Positions 1 through 13,852 are shown, numbered from the stretch's first letter. The stretch is DNA of 64,000 nt from Eledone cirrhosa (GCA_964016885.1 OZ024742.1:236902001-236966000), one strand, 5' to 3'. The notes: generated by a model not told the origin, from the sequence alone. Numbers and translations: made by a program.

Positions 1-229
1 CTTCTCTCTCGTTTCTCTCTCTCTCTACCGATCTATTCTTCCCCTCGTATATATCTTCCTCTCTATCTTCCTTTATTCTTCGTCTCTTTCTCGTCTACCC
101 CCCCCCCCCTCCTCTTCTTTCGTCATTCTCTGCCTCTCTGCCTCTCTTCCAATCCTAATACAGTTGTGACTTTCCTTCTCTCCCGTTTCCATCTCACCTA
201 CGTATACTCTGTCTCCCTCTTTCACCCCC

Positions 230-795
230 CCTCTCTATCCCCCTGTCCATTCCAGCACAACTCTCTCTTTCCCCCTCTCTCAACGTTATCTGCTCTCTCT
301 ATCTCTCTACCTGTCCTAACACAACTCTCTCTTTCACCCTCTCTCTATCTCTCTACCCGTCCCAAAACAACTCTCTCTTTCCCACTCTCTCAACGTCTTC
401 TGTCTCTCTCTCCCTATCTCTCTACCCGTTCCAAAACAACTCTGTCTTTCCCCCTCTCTCAACGTCCTCTGTCTCTCTCTCTCTATCTCTCTACCCGTCC
501 CAAAACAACTCTCTCTTTCCCCCTCTCTCAACGTTCTCTGTCTCTCTCTCTATCTCTCTACCCGTCCCCAAACAACTCTCTCTTTCCCCCTCTCTCAACG
601 TCCTCTGTCTCTCTCTCTCTATCTCTCTACCCGTCCCAAAACAACTCTCTCTTTCCCCCTCTCTCTATCTCTCTACCCGTCCCAAAACAACTCTCTCGTT
701 CCCCCTCTCTCAACGTCCTCTCTCTCTCTCTCTATCTCTTTACCCGTCCCAAAACAACTGCTTCTTTCCTCTTCTCTCGTTCCCCCAACTCTGGA

Positions 796-847
<52 letters not shown>

Positions 848-860
848 ATCCAAACACAAC
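230..860. repeat. CT-rich minisatellite, ~60-bp unit, merging into (CT)n
   Basis: Recurring unit ctctatctctctacccgtcccaaaacaactctctctttccccctctctcaacgt; explains ORFs 166..1236 and 334..531. Confidence 0.85.
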
Positions 861-1007
861 AGCTTCTTTCCTCCTCTCTCATTTCTTCCATTCTCTCTCT
901 CTCTCCCCATCCATCCCAACATGGTTGTGTCTTTTCTTTCTCTCTGGATGCCGTATTTCTCATCTCTTCAGTGTTCCGTGGCTATTTACTTCACTGACAG
1001 CAGCAGC

Positions 1008-1264
1008 CACAACAACAACAACAACAACAACAACAGGAGCGGCAGGAGGAGGTGGAGTAGTAGGAGGAATAAGAAAGGTTAACAGTGTTGTTAGCTGCCG
1101 TGTCAACATCACAACACAACACACAACGTTGTTACATCGTTATCATCATTATGCTCAGCCCTCATCGCAGCAGCAGCAGCAGCAACAACAACAATACGAT
1201 CATCCCCACCACCACCACCACCAACAACAACAATAATACGATCAACCCCACCACCACCACCACC

Positions 1265-1312
<48 letters not shown>

Positions 1313-2060
1313 AACAACAACGTCAACATTAACCGGAATACGACTAAGAGCAGCAGCAGCATCAACAACATCAACAGCATGAACAACAGCTCAACGACAT
1401 CAGCATCAAGAACAGCAACATCACCAACAACATCAACAACAGCATCAACAACAGCATTAACAACATCATCATCATCTATAACAGCAATATCATTCTAAAC
1501 AGTAGCAAAAACAATCACGGTGTTTCCTGCTCTCGGTACAGAATTGTACATTGTGTGAGTGAAGGAGGGCATAGTCTAATAGATTACCCCGGTATATCAC
1601 TGGTATTTTATTTTATTGGCCCCCGGAAGGATGAAAGGCAAAGTCGACCCCAACACCAACAACACTATTAACAGCAGTAACAGCATCAATAACAACAGCA
1701 TCACCCACCTCTACTATAACACAACAGTCTCAAAAATCATCAGCATCATCACACCCACCACCAACAACACCAACAACAACAACAACAACACCAACAACAC
1801 CAACACCAACACCAACACCACCACCACCACCAACAACAACAACAGTAAGACCCCCAGAAAAGAAAACTACCGCCACAAAAACAGCAGCAACATTATCATC
1901 ATCGACAACAATAACAGCAGCGACATTAAGAGCAGGGACAACAAACATAAACACATAAACAGCAAGAAAAGTAATAACACCAACCACAAACACACCCATA
2001 GTAACAACAAAAACAAGAGTAACAACAACAATAGTAGCAACAACAACAACAGCAAGAGTA
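1008..2060. repeat. Mixed (ACA/CAC/CAG)n trinucleotide low-complexity tract with a SINE fragment at ~1580-1650
   Basis: Direct reading; ggatgaaaggcaaagtcgaccc near 1630 is the antisense SINE body seen at 28.1-28.7 kb. Confidence 0.85.
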
Positions 2061-2069
2061 ATTGTGAGA

Positions 2070-2177
2070 GTTTTAGAGATAACGTGCTGACATTAAGACA
2101 CCTATCTGATGTGAGTATGACTACAAGCACAACGGAAAGCATTACTACAACTAAGAGAGTACTGTCTACCTCAACAG
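2070..2177 (+). other. Candidate exon end (..MTTSTTESITTTKRVLSTSTG) with consensus 5' splice donor
   Basis: Short unique island between repeats ending CAG|GTAAGT (intron would start 2178, phase 1 in frame of ORF 1616..2227); no clear acceptor upstream. Confidence 0.25.
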
Positions 2178-2182
2178 GTAAG

Positions 2183-2214
<32 letters not shown>

Positions 2215-5200
2215 GGTGTTGTTGTGATTTTCGGTGTTGTGGTTGTTGTTGTTGTGATTTTTGGTGTTGTGGTTGTTGGTGTTGTTGTTATGACTTTTGG
2301 TGTTATGGTTGTTGGTGTTGTGATTTTTGGTGTTGTGGTTGTTGGTGTTGTTGTTGTTGTGAATTTTGGTGTTGTGGTTGTTGGTGTTGTTGTTGTTAGT
2401 GGTGTTGTTGGTGGTGGTTGTGGTAATGGTGTTGTTGGTATTGTTGATGGAGGGGACCTTGTTGTTGGTATTGTTGATGGTGGGGACCTTGTTGTTGGTA
2501 TTGTTGATGGTGGGGGCCTTGTTGTTGGTATTGTTGTTGGTGGGGGCTTTGTTGTTGGTATTGTTGTTGGTGGGGGCCTTGTTGTTGGTATTGTTGATGG
2601 TGGGGACCTTGTTGTTGGTATTGTTGATGGTGGGGACCTTGTTGTTGGTATTGTTGATGGATGGGACTTTGTTGTTGGTATTGTTGTTGGTGGGGGCCTT
2701 GTTGTTGGTATTGTTGATGGAGGGGGCCTTGTTGTTGGTATTGTTGTTGGTGGGGGCCTTGTTGTTGGTATTGTTGATGGAGGGGACCTTGTTGTTGGTA
2801 TTGTTGATGGAGGGGACCTTGTTGTTGGTATTGTTGATGGTGGGGGCCTTGTTGTTGGTATTGTTGCTGGAGGGGGCCGTGTTGTTGGTATTGTTGTTGG
2901 TGGGGGCCTTGTTGTTGGTATTGTTGATGGTGGGGTTCTTGTTGTTGGTATTGTTGATGGAGGGGACCTTGTTGTTGGTATTGTTGTTGGTGGGGTTCTT
3001 GTTGTTGGTATTGTTGATGGAGGGGGCCGTGTTGTTGGTATTGTTGTTGGTGGGGGCCTTGTTGTTGGTATTGTTGATGGTGGGGTTCTTGTTGTTGGTA
3101 TTGTTGATGGAGGGGACCTTGTTGTTGGTATTGTTGTTGGTGGGGGCCTTGTTGGTATTGTTGATGGAGGGGGCCTTGTTGGTATTGTTGTTGGTGGGGG
3201 CCTTGTTGTTGGTATTGTTGATGGATGGGACCTTGTTGTTGGTATTGTTGATGGTGGGGTTCTTGTTGTTGGTATTGTTGATGGATGGGACCTTGTTGTT
3301 GGTATTGTTGATGGTGGGGTTCTTGTTGTTGGTATTGTTGATGGAGGGGGCCGTGTTGTTGGTATTGTTGTTGGTGGGGGCCTTGTTGTTGGTATTGTTG
3401 ATGGAGGGGACCTTGTTGTTGGTATTGTTGATGGAGGGGACCTTGTTGTTGGTATTGTTGATGGAGGGGACCTTGTTGTTGGTATTGTTGATGGTGGGGA
3501 CCTTGTTGTTGGTATTGTTGATGGTGAGGTTCTTGTTGTTGGTATTGTTGATGGAGGGGGCCGTGTTGTTGGTATTGTTGATGGTGAGGTTCTTGTTGTT
3601 GGTATTGTTGATGGAGGGGGCCGTGTTGTTGGTATTGTTGATGGAGGGGACCTTGTTGTTGGTATTGTTGATGGTGAGGTTCTTGTTGTTGGTATTGTTG
3701 ATGGAGGGGGCCGTGTTGTTGGTATTGTTGTTGGTGGGGGCCTTGTTGTTGGTATTGTTGATGGAGGGGACCTTGTTGTTGGTATTGTTGATGGAGGGGA
3801 CCTTGTTGTTGGTATTGTTGATGGTGGGGGCCTTGTTGTTGGTATTGTTGATGGTGAGGTTCTTGTTGTTGGTATTGTTGATGGAGGGGGCCGTGTTGTT
3901 GGTATTGTTGTTGGTGGGGGCCTTGTTGTTGGTATTGTTGATGGAGGGGACCTTGTTGTTGGTATTGTTGATGGAGGGGACCTTGTTGTTGGTATTGTTG
4001 ATGGTGAGGTTCTTGTTGTTGGTATTGTTGATGGAGGGGGCCGTGTTGTTGGTATTGTTGTTGGTGGGGGCCTTGTTGGTATTGTTGATGGTGAGGTTCT
4101 TGTTGTTGGTATTGTTGATGGAGGGGGCCGTGTTGTTGGTATTGTTGTTGGTGGGGGCCTTGTTGGTATTGTTGATGGTGAGGTTCTTGTTGTTGGTATT
4201 GTTGATGGAGGGGGCCGTGTTGTTGGTATTGTTGTTGGTGGGGGCCTTGTTGGTATTGTTGATGGTGAGGTTCTTGTTGTTGGTATTGTTGATGGAGGGG
4301 GCCGTGTTGTTGGTATTGTTGTTGGTGGGGGCCTTGTTGGTATTGTTGATGGTGAGGTTCTTGTTGTTGGTATTGTTGATGGAGGGGGCCGTGTTGTTGG
4401 TATTGTTGTTGGTGGGGGCCTTGTTGGTATTGTTGATGGTGAGGTTCTTGTTGTTGGTATTGTTGATGGAGGGGGCCGTGTTGTTGGTATTGTTGTTGGT
4501 GGGGGCCTTGTTGGTATTGTTGATGGTGAGGTTCTTGTTGTTGGTATTGTTGATGGAGGGGGCCGTGTTGTTGGTATTGTTGTTGGTGGGGGCCTTGTTG
4601 GTATTGTTGATGGTGAGGTTCTTGTTGTTGGTATTGTTGATGGAGGGGGCCGTGTTGTTGGTATTGTTGTTGGTGGGGGCCTTGTTGTTGGTATTGTTGA
4701 TGGAGGGGACCTTGTTGTTGGTATTGTTGATGGAGGGGACCTTGTTGTTGGTATTGTTGATGGTGGGGGCCTTGTTGTTGGTATTGTTGTTGGTGGGGGC
4801 CTTGTTGGTATTGTTGATGGAGGGGGCCTTGTTGTTGGTATTGTTGATGGTGGGGGCCTTGTTGTTGGTATTGTTGATGGTGAGGTTCTTGTTGTTGGTA
4901 TTGTTGATGGAGGGGGCCGTGTTGTTGGTATTGTTGATGGATGGGACCTTGTTGTTGGTATTGTTGATGGTGGGGTTCTTGTTGTTGGTATTGTTGATGG
5001 AGGGGACCTTGTTGTTGGTATTGTTGATGGTGGGGGCCTTGTTGTTGGTATTGTTGATGGTGGGGTTCTTGTTGTTGGTATTGTTGATGGTGGGGACCTT
5101 GTTGTTGGTATTGTTGATGGATGGGACCTTGTTGTTGGTATTGTTGATGGTGGGGGCCTTGTTGTTGGTATTGTTGATGGTGGAGTTCTTGTTGTTGGTA

Positions 5201-8200
5201 TTGTTGATGGATGGGACCTTGTTGTTGGTATTGTTGATGGTGGGGTTCTTGTTGTTGGTATTGTTGATGGAGGGGGCCGTGTTGTTGGTATTGTTGTTGG
5301 TGGGGTTCTTGTTGTTGGTATTGTTGATGGAGGGGACCTTGTTGTTGGTATTGTTGATGGATGGGACCTTGTTGTTGGTATTGTTGATGGTGGGGGCCTT
5401 GTTGTTGGTATTGTTGATGGTGGGGTTCTTGTTGTTGGTATTGTTGTTGGTGGGGTTCTTGTTGTTGGTATTGTTGATGGTGGGGACCTTGTTGTTGGTA
5501 TTGTTGATGGAGGGGACCTTGTTGTTGGTATTGTTGTTGGTGGGGACCTTGTTGGTATTGTTGTTGGTGGGGGCCTTGTTGTTGGTATTGTTGATGGAGG
5601 GGACCTTGTTGTTGGTATTGTTGATGGAGGGGACCTTGTTGTTGGTATTGTTGATGGTGGGGGCCTTGTTGTTGGTATTGTTGATGGTGGGGTTCTTGTT
5701 GTTGGTATTGTTGATGGTGGGGACCTTGTTGTTGGTATTGTTGATGGAGGGGACCTTGTTGTTGGTATTGTTGTTGGTGGGGACCTTGTTGGTATTGTTG
5801 TTGGTGGGGGCCTTGTTGTTGGTATTGTTGATGGAGGGGACCTTGTTGTTGGTATTGTTGTTGGTGGGGACCTTGTTGTTGGTATTGTTGATGGAGGGGA
5901 CCTTGTTGTTGGTATTGTTGATGGTGGGGGCCTTGTTGTTGGTATTGTTGATGGTGGGGTTCTTGTTGTTGGTATTGTTGATGGTGGGGACCTTGTTGTT
6001 GGTATTGTTGATGGAGGGGACCTTGTTGTTGGTATTGTTGTTGGTGGGGACCTTGTTGGTATTGTTGTTGGTGGGGGCCTTGTTGTTGGTATTGTTGATG
6101 GAGGGGACCTTGTTGTTGGTATTGTTGATGGAGGGGACCTTGTTGTTGGTATTGTTGATGGAGGGGACCTTGTTGTTGGTATTGTTGATGGTGGGGGCCT
6201 TGTTGTTGGTATTGTTGATGGTGGGGTTCTTGTTGTTGGTATTGTTGATGGAGGGGACCTTGTTGTTGGTATTGTTGATGGAGGGGACCTTGTTGTTGGT
6301 ATTGTTGTTGGTGGGGACCTTGTTGGTATTGTTGTTGGTGGGGGCCTTGTTGTTGGTATTGTTGTTGGTGGGGGCCTTGTTGTTGGTATTGTTGTTGGTG
6401 GGGGCCTTGTTGTTGGTATTGTTGATGGTGGGGGCCTTGTTGTTGGTATTGTTGATGGTGGGGTTCTTGTTGTTGGTATTGTTGATGGATGGGACCTTGT
6501 TGTTGGTATTGTTGTTGGTGGGGGCCTTGTTGGTATTGTTGATGGAGGGGGCCTTGTTGGTATTGTTGTTGGTGGGGGCCTTGTTGTTGGTATTGTTGAT
6601 GGTGGGGGCCTTGTTGTTGGTATTGTTGATGGAGGGGACCTTGTTGTTGGTATTGTTGATGGAGGGGACCTTGTTGTTGGTATTGTTGATGGAGGGGACC
6701 TTGTTGTTGGTATTGTTGATGGTGGGGGCCTTGTTGTTGGTATTGTTGATGGTGGGGTTCTTGTTGTTGGTATTGTTGATGGTGGGGACCTTGTTGTTGG
6801 TATTGTTGATGGAGGGGACCTTGTTGTTGGTATTGTTGTTGGTGGGGACCTTGTTGGTATTGTTGTTGGTGGGGGCCTTGTTGTTGGTATTGTTGATGGA
6901 GGGGACCTTGTTGTTGGTATTGTTGATGGAGGGGACCTTGTTGTTGGTATTGTTGATGGAGGGGACCTTGTTGTTGGTATTGTTGATGGTGGGGGCCTTG
7001 TTGTTGGTATTGTTGATGGTGGGGTTCTTGTTGTTGGTATTGTTGATGGTGGGGACCTTGTTGTTGGTATTGTTGATGGAGGGGACCTTGTTGTTGGTAT
7101 TGTTGTTGGTGGGGACCTTGTTGGTATTGTTGTTGGTGGGGGCCTTGTTGTTGGTATTGTTGTTGGTGGGGGCCTTGTTGTTGGTATTGTTGTTGGTGGG
7201 GGCCTTGTTGTTGGTATTGTTGATGGTGGGGGCCTTGTTGTTGGTATTGTTGATGGTGGGGTTCTTGTTGTTGGTATTGTTGATGGTGAGGTTCTTGTTG
7301 TTGGTATTGTTGATGGTGGGGTTCTTGTTGTTGGTATTGTTGATGGTGGGGTTCTTGTTGTTGGTATTGTTGATGGTGGGGACCTTGTTGTTGGTATTGT
7401 TGATGGATGGGACCTTGTTGTTGGTATTGTTGTTGGTGGGGGCCTTGTTGGTATTGTTGATGGAGGGGGCCTTGTTGGTATTGTTGTTGGTGGGGGCCTT
7501 GTTGTTGGTATTGTTGATGGTGGGGTTCTTGTTGTTGGTATTGTTGATGGAGGGGACCTTGTTGTTGGTATTGTTGATGGTGGGGGCCTTGTTGTTGGTA
7601 TTGTTGTTGGTGGGGGCCTTGTTGTTGGTATTGTTGATGGTGGGGTTCTTGTTGTTGGTATTGTTGATGGATGGGACCTTGTTGTTGGTATTGTTGATGG
7701 TGGGGGCCTTGTTGTTGGTATTGTTGATGGTGGGGTTCTTGTTGTTGGTATTGTTGATGGAGGGGACCTTGTTGTTGGTATTGTTGATGGTGGGGGCCTT
7801 GTTGTTGGTATTGTTGTTGGTGGGGTTCTTGTTGTTGGTATTGTTGATGGATGGGACCTTGTTGTTGGTATTGTTGATGGTGGGGGCCTTGTTGTTGGTA
7901 TTGTTGATGGTGGGGTTCTTGTTGTTGGTATTGTTGATGGATGGGACCTTGTTGTTGGTATTGTTGATGGTGGGGGCCTTGTTGTTGGTATTGTTGATGG
8001 TGGGGTTCTTGTTGTTGGTATTGTTGATGGAGGGGACCTTGTTGTTGGTATTGTTGATGGTGGGGGCCTTGTTGTTGGTATTGTTGTTGGTGGGGGCCTT
8101 GTTGGTATTGTTGATGGTGGGGGCCTTGTTGTTGGTATTGTTGATGGTGGGGTTCTTGTTGTTGGTATTGTTGATGGATGGGACCTTGTTGTTGGTATTG

Positions 8201-9197
8201 TTGATGGTGGGGGCCTTGTTGTTGGTATTGTTGATGGTGGGGTTCTTGTTGTTGGTATTGTTGATGGAGGGGACCTTGTTGTTGGTATTGTTGATGGTGG
8301 GGGCCTTGTTGTTGGTATTGTTGATGGAGGGGACCTTGTTGTTGGTATTGTTGATGGTGGGGTTCTTGTTGTTGGTATTGTTGATGGAGGGGACCTTGTT
8401 GTTGGTATTGTTGATGGTGGGGTTCTTGTTGTTGGTATTGTTGATGGATGGGACCTTGTTGTTGGTATTGTTGATGGTGGGGGCCTTGTTGTTGGTATTG
8501 TTGATGGTGGGGTTCTTGTTGTTGGTATTGTTGATGGAGGGGACCTTGTTGTTGGTATTGTTGATGGTGGGGGCCTTGTTGTTGGTATTGTTGATGGTGG
8601 GGTTCTTGTTGTTGGTATTGTTGCTGGAGGGGGCTTTGTTGTTGGTATTGTTGCTGGAGGGGGCTTTGTTGTTGGTATTGTTGATGGAGGGGGCTTTGTT
8701 GTTGGTATTGTTGTGGTTTTTGTTGTTAGTGGAGTTATTGTTGGTGGTGGCGTTGTTATTGGTAGTGGTGTTGTTGGTGGTTGTAATAATGGTGTTGATG
8801 CTGGTGGTTGTGTTGTCATTGGCAGTGAAACTGTTATTGGTGTTGTTGGTGGTGGTAGTGGTAGTGGTGGTTGTGATAATGGTGTTGATGCTGGTGGTTG
8901 TGTTGTCATTGGCAGTGAAACTGTTATTGGTGTTGTTGTTGGTGGTGGTGGTAGTGGTGGTTGTGATAATGGTGTTGATGCTGGTGGTTGTGTTGTCATT
9001 GGCAGTGAAACTGTTATTGGTGTTGTTGTTGTTGTTGGTGGTGGTGGTCGTATTGTTTGTGTTGTTTCTGTAGGTTCGATTCCTAGACTAGGTAACACGT
9101 TGTATCTTTGAGCAAGATACTTTACTTCTCGTTGCTCCTTCTGCCAAAGGTTGCATCCCGTAGATAGTATCAGCAATGGAAAAACCAATGAAAACAT
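2166..9197 (-). CDS. Possible mucin-like PTS-repeat ORF (TIPTTRPPPS)n; coding status doubtful
   Basis: 2343-aa ORF, but the unit is stop-free in most frames and the N-terminus overlaps an antisense SINE. Confidence 0.2.
2431..8710. repeat. 30-bp (and 27-bp variant) minisatellite, roughly 210 units, with higher-order blocks
   Basis: Unit gttgttggtattgttgatggtgggggcctt with a few recurrent variants; three ~95-bp diverged repeats follow at ~8770-9050. Confidence 0.97.
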
Positions 9198-9200
9198 GGT
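9068..9200 (+). mobile_element. tRNA-derived SINE fragment
   Basis: B-box ggttcgattcc followed by gttgtatctttgagcaagatacttta, similar to copies at 46.4 and 47.0 kb. Confidence 0.6.
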
Positions 9201-9712
9201 GCAATTTGACGATCGACTACTTTCATTTTTTCTGCAGTTTTATTTGATCTTATTAGTATTGTTGTTGTAGCTATTAGTATTATTGTTGGTGGTGTTATTG
9301 TCGTTGTTGGTGGTGATGATGGTATTGTTGTTAATGGCATTGGGAACGACTGTGTTGGTGTTGACGTTATAATAGATGAGGTGATGTTATTATTGATGGT
9401 GGTGGTGGTGTTGTTGTTGGTAATGATGATAGTGGTGGTGATGGTGGTGGTGGTAGTGGTGGTGTTGATGTTGTTATTGTTGTTGTTGGTGGTGGTGGTG
9501 GTAGTGATGGGAGTGATGATGATATTGTTTTCTCGTTGATGATGTTGCTACAGTTTATCTGATCTTGCTGTTTCGGGTATTGTTGATGTTAATGTGGCTG
9601 TTGATTTAAAGACGATTTAGGTGCTATTTCTAGCAAGATGTTGAATAGCTTAATTGTTTCCACCCTTATATTAACTTATCTTGTTGTTTTTCTTCTCGTT
9701 TGTTTGCTGCAG

Positions 9713-9759
9713 GTCAGCTTTCATTGAGGAGGCCCATGATTAATGTTGTTTCTTTGTGA
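9713..9759 (+). other. Candidate short terminal exon (GQLSLRRPMINVVSL*)
   Basis: Branch-like tattaac (~9669-9675), long pyrimidine tract and TGCAG| at 9712; phase-compatible with donor at 2178. Confidence 0.2.
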
Positions 9760-10947
9760 TTATTCCTAAGATTTCTAAGACTGAGAGGTGAAATATTTGA
9801 CAGAAATTCAACTGCTATTTCTACCAGATCTAATGACCACATAAAGGCTCGTTGGCTCTTAAATACATCTATACATACACACATATATGCAAATGTCCAT
9901 ACAATGCCTACAGATACATGCATACAGATATACATAATACATGCATATATACATGCTTAACAAAATAGGGTCTGATGTGAGGGAGATTTGGTTGTCTTTT
10001 CCAATATGTCTATTTCTTATGTAGTTTCAAATTTCCCAAACTTCCTTCTCCGGCCACCTTTTAGGAGGATATGTGTCATCAGCACTAATCTTCCACTGCT
10101 GATAACAGTTGATAAAACATTATACTATGAAAATTAAATTTTAATAATTCTTTTTCTTTAAATATTTATTGCCGGGTAAGGGTGTTGAACTTACGATAAT
10201 AAAGCTATGGGTTCGGTTTCTGGATCTGGTAGTACGTTCGACAAATGGAAAGGTAGCTTCCTTGGTCTGGTTTGACGATCGCTTAATTCCCTTTCCTTTT
10301 TTTAGGGGCAAGTACTAATTTGTATTTTTTGTCCCTTTCCTCCAGTGATACTTTTACCTTCAGTCTCCCAGTGAGACTTAGTGACCAACGTGAATCTCTC
10401 ATTAAACCCCAGTGTCCCACTTGAGCCTCTCAGTGCGAGTAGCACATATTTTGGTAAATCTCTAATGTAGATGCTCCCTTGTTGGTTCAGTAAGATTATT
10501 TAGAGAATGCGCTAGACTGATACATATGTTAGAGAGCTTCATTAGATTCCTTAGAATGGGTTTCTTTAATCTTTTTATGATCCATGTTCTATTGACTATG
10601 TTCAGATCCAACCGGTGTTGGAAGAGAAGGTGTATCGTTTGTCTTTCATCGTACTGGAGTCGATAAATTATATACTAATCACGTACAAGACTCGAGTCAA
10701 TAGACTGCAGCACCTATATTCAGTAAATTTGGTTACCTTGTAGTCAACGAATGCTATACTTTTAATGCCTATCGTACAGCAATCGGTAAGCTTCCGGCAA
10801 AAATAGTACGTGACTGGATTTTGGTTAATGCTGTTGCGAAAAGCAAGAATAACACACTACCTCATTTACACCATCTCGGCTCGTAAAATTGTAACTTTGT
10901 GTCTAATGTAGAAAACAATTAGTTTATTTGGTTATCTGTCTGTCTCC

Positions 10948-11042
<95 letters not shown>

Positions 11043-11689
11043 CTCCCCTTTTCTTTCTCTCTCTCTCTTACTTGTTTGTTCCTCTTGTTTTAAGACTTTG
11101 TACAGTTGCGAGTAATATTCCGACCATCAAAAGGAAAGGACCGTTTGTAGTTTCAAGATTTCAAGAACTCTGAGTACTGACTTGCATTATAGTGGGGAGG
11201 GGTAAACTGGATGACCAATCTCATTCTCAGGTTCTTTCCTAGGTGTGCCGCCACGGCTAGAAGTATACCAGGGGTGTAATGGGATGACCAAGGGATCTAC
11301 GCATTTCACGTAGTTCTGAAGGATGTCTCTGTTAGATGACCAGACCCAATATCTCGTCCGTGACTTCCCGGAGCTGAGGGATGACCAGAGTGATCTACGT
11401 ATCTCACTGAGTTCTGAAGGAGGTGTGTGCTGAATGAGATCCACTTCATTCACTTGTCCCTGACTTCTTTAACCAATGGCAAGTTGAGCTACACAACTAG
11501 AGGTATATCAAGGTGTAATAGGACAATGCAGGGTGATCCTACGTGTTTCACTGATATCTGAAGGATGTGTGTGCTAAATGACCAGTTACATTATATTATT
11601 CCAGTCTTGGTTAACCTGTCCAGGTGAAGCTACATGCCTGACTGTGCTCATAAACAAGCGTCTAACGTCTACATTGCTCGCCATCACCT

Positions 11690-12130
11690 TCTTCTTCTTC
11701 TTCTTAGCCCACTTATTCCTGGGAGCGTAGCGGGGGAAGAATCCTCAAACACTACTTACGGCGGTTCCTGTTAGATCAACAGTCAACAACTAATCCGACA
11801 GGATCCCTAAGCGAGACCAGCTAAACCTATGGATGTTATGCAACCATCTTGCTCGAGTCTATACCTTGGTTTCCTGCTGGTTGGTTTTGGCAGTAAAATC
11901 TGTCCAGCGCTTCTTTCCTGAGACATTCTAACTACATACCCATAGTGTCGGAGCTGTGATTTCTCTCAATTCTGAGAAGTAGAGGCTCTACCTGGAGTTA
12001 CACTCTGATCTCCGAGCTATGCACTCTATAAAGTATCGTTATTCCAAAGACCCTTCGGAGGAACCCCATTTTGGCAGCTTGTATTTGTGATCGTATTATT
12101 TCGGCCATTACCCAAGATTCATGACTGTTG
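11690..12130 (-). mobile_element. 3' end of RTE-like LINE with (GAA)n tail
   Basis: Reverse complement matches 18100-18480; (ctt)n at 11688-11705. Confidence 0.75.
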
Positions 12131-12199
12131 AAATTTGACTGATCATTGTTGGTTTCACTCTACACAGTCAACCGGAAATGCACAGGCCTGCCTGAGAAG

Positions 12200-12530
12200 G
12201 GAAGTAATGCGCTTGGCAATCATGTGATCCCGGGTTCCATCTCAAGGTATGACGTGTTGGGTAAATGTCTTCACGATAGCGTCAGATCAACCCAAACTAT
12301 ATGAAAGAAATTGAGTTGACGGCAACTATGTCAAAGCCCATTGGATGCATTCTAACTGCAATTTAAAGGTCGAGCCTTGTCACACACTGTGTAACGAGCT
12401 GATTCGGTTTGCGAATTACGTTAAAGGTAAGCATACCTATAGAGTACTTAACCACTTTCATATTAATACACGAGCTGGATGTTCAGTTGATTAAACAACT
12501 GAATACACAACGTCGAAACCGGCGGAGGAG
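12200..12530 (+). mobile_element. Degenerate tRNA-headed SINE
   Basis: Similar to 47020-47330, 46440-46740 and antisense 57580-57920. Confidence 0.55.
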
Positions 12531-12623
12531 CCATGCTACATAGTGTTACAAAACCATTAAAGAATCGTAAGGAGAGTTTCAAATTTAATGGTGGCCCTCA
12601 ATCTTATTTTGTCAGCCTGTAAA

Positions 12624-12826
12624 TGCCGTGGACTAGGACATAGTACACTGCCGTGGGCTAGGACATGCTGCACTGCCGTTGACTAGGACGTGGTGCACTG
12701 CCGTGGACTAGGAAGTAATATTCTGTCGTGGTTCAGGAACAGGAAGACTGTCGTGGCCTAGGAAGGGGTACACTGTCATGATCCAGGATGTGGTACAAGA
12801 CCTTGTCCAGGATGTGTATTGCCGTA
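12624..12826. repeat. 25-bp diverged tandem repeat, ~8 units
   Basis: tgccgtggactaggacatagtacac-like units, decaying 3'-ward. Confidence 0.8.
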
Positions 12827-13012
12827 AGCAAACAGTTCATGGAGCCTTTGGTGAGAGCTGGGTATATGGAGATAGGGACCTGGAAGAAATAAACTATCCT
12901 GGAAATTAATCGGTACGAATCCGTACCGAAAGTGCAATCCGACCAGAACACCCCATCAATACACACGCAGACACACACACGCATACACGCACACACACAC
13001 ACACACACGCAC

Positions 13013-13048
<36 letters not shown>

Positions 13049-13135
13049 ATATATATTATGAACCGTTTGTAAATATTGACCCATCTCGTGCATTGTTTAT
13101 TTCAATGCACATTTGTGTGAGTGTGTGTATGCATA

Positions 13136-13174
<39 letters not shown>

Positions 13175-13327
13175 ATGTATGTATTATGTATGTATGTATG
13201 TATGTATTTATGTATGTATATAGTCACAGGGTGTTAAATCATACAAACTGAATAAAAACAGATAACAGAACGAAGCACAGACAGTTTCAACTCAGTCAAA
13301 GTTTGGAGATGCGTTGTTCCGTTGTTT

Positions 13328-13456
<129 letters not shown>

Positions 13457-13502
13457 GTGTGTTTGTGTGAGAACGTGTTTTTGTGTGTATGTGTATATAT
13501 GC

Positions 13503-13559
13503 GAGAGTGTCACTGATGAAAGATTAACAAATGTTGAAACAGCGCTGTCTGACATTCTC
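13503..13559 (+). ncRNA. Type I hammerhead ribozyme motif
   Basis: gagagtgtca-CTGATGA-aagat..atgtt-GAAA-cagcgctg-TC-tgacattctc; 10-bp stem I, palindromic stem III, GUC site. Confidence 0.8.
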
Positions 13560-13766
13560 AAAATGTATTGGCAATTCTCTGATATATTCACACAGAAAAA
13601 CAGAGAAAAAAATTTTTTTTTTTCGTTAAGTAAATATATTTTTCTTCAATAGCGAGGCTATCTATGTGTTTATTGTTTATAACCGAATGATATACGATTA
13701 TATATGTTTTCATATACACATTTATCATATATACATAAACACACACACACACACACATATATATAT

Positions 13767-13852
<86 letters not shown>

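Noticed and set aside
166-1236. 356-aa ORF ending in polyQ/H
   Set aside because: Mostly CT minisatellite and trinucleotide repeats; non-ATG start; no recognisable domain
2224-9111. Giant plus-strand ORFs (VVGIVDGG)n and (LLVLLM)n
   Set aside because: By-products of a stop-free 30-bp repeat; no domain-like sequence
12624-12826. CRISPR-like repeat array
   Set aside because: Units are contiguous 25-mers without unique spacers, no cas genes, eukaryotic context
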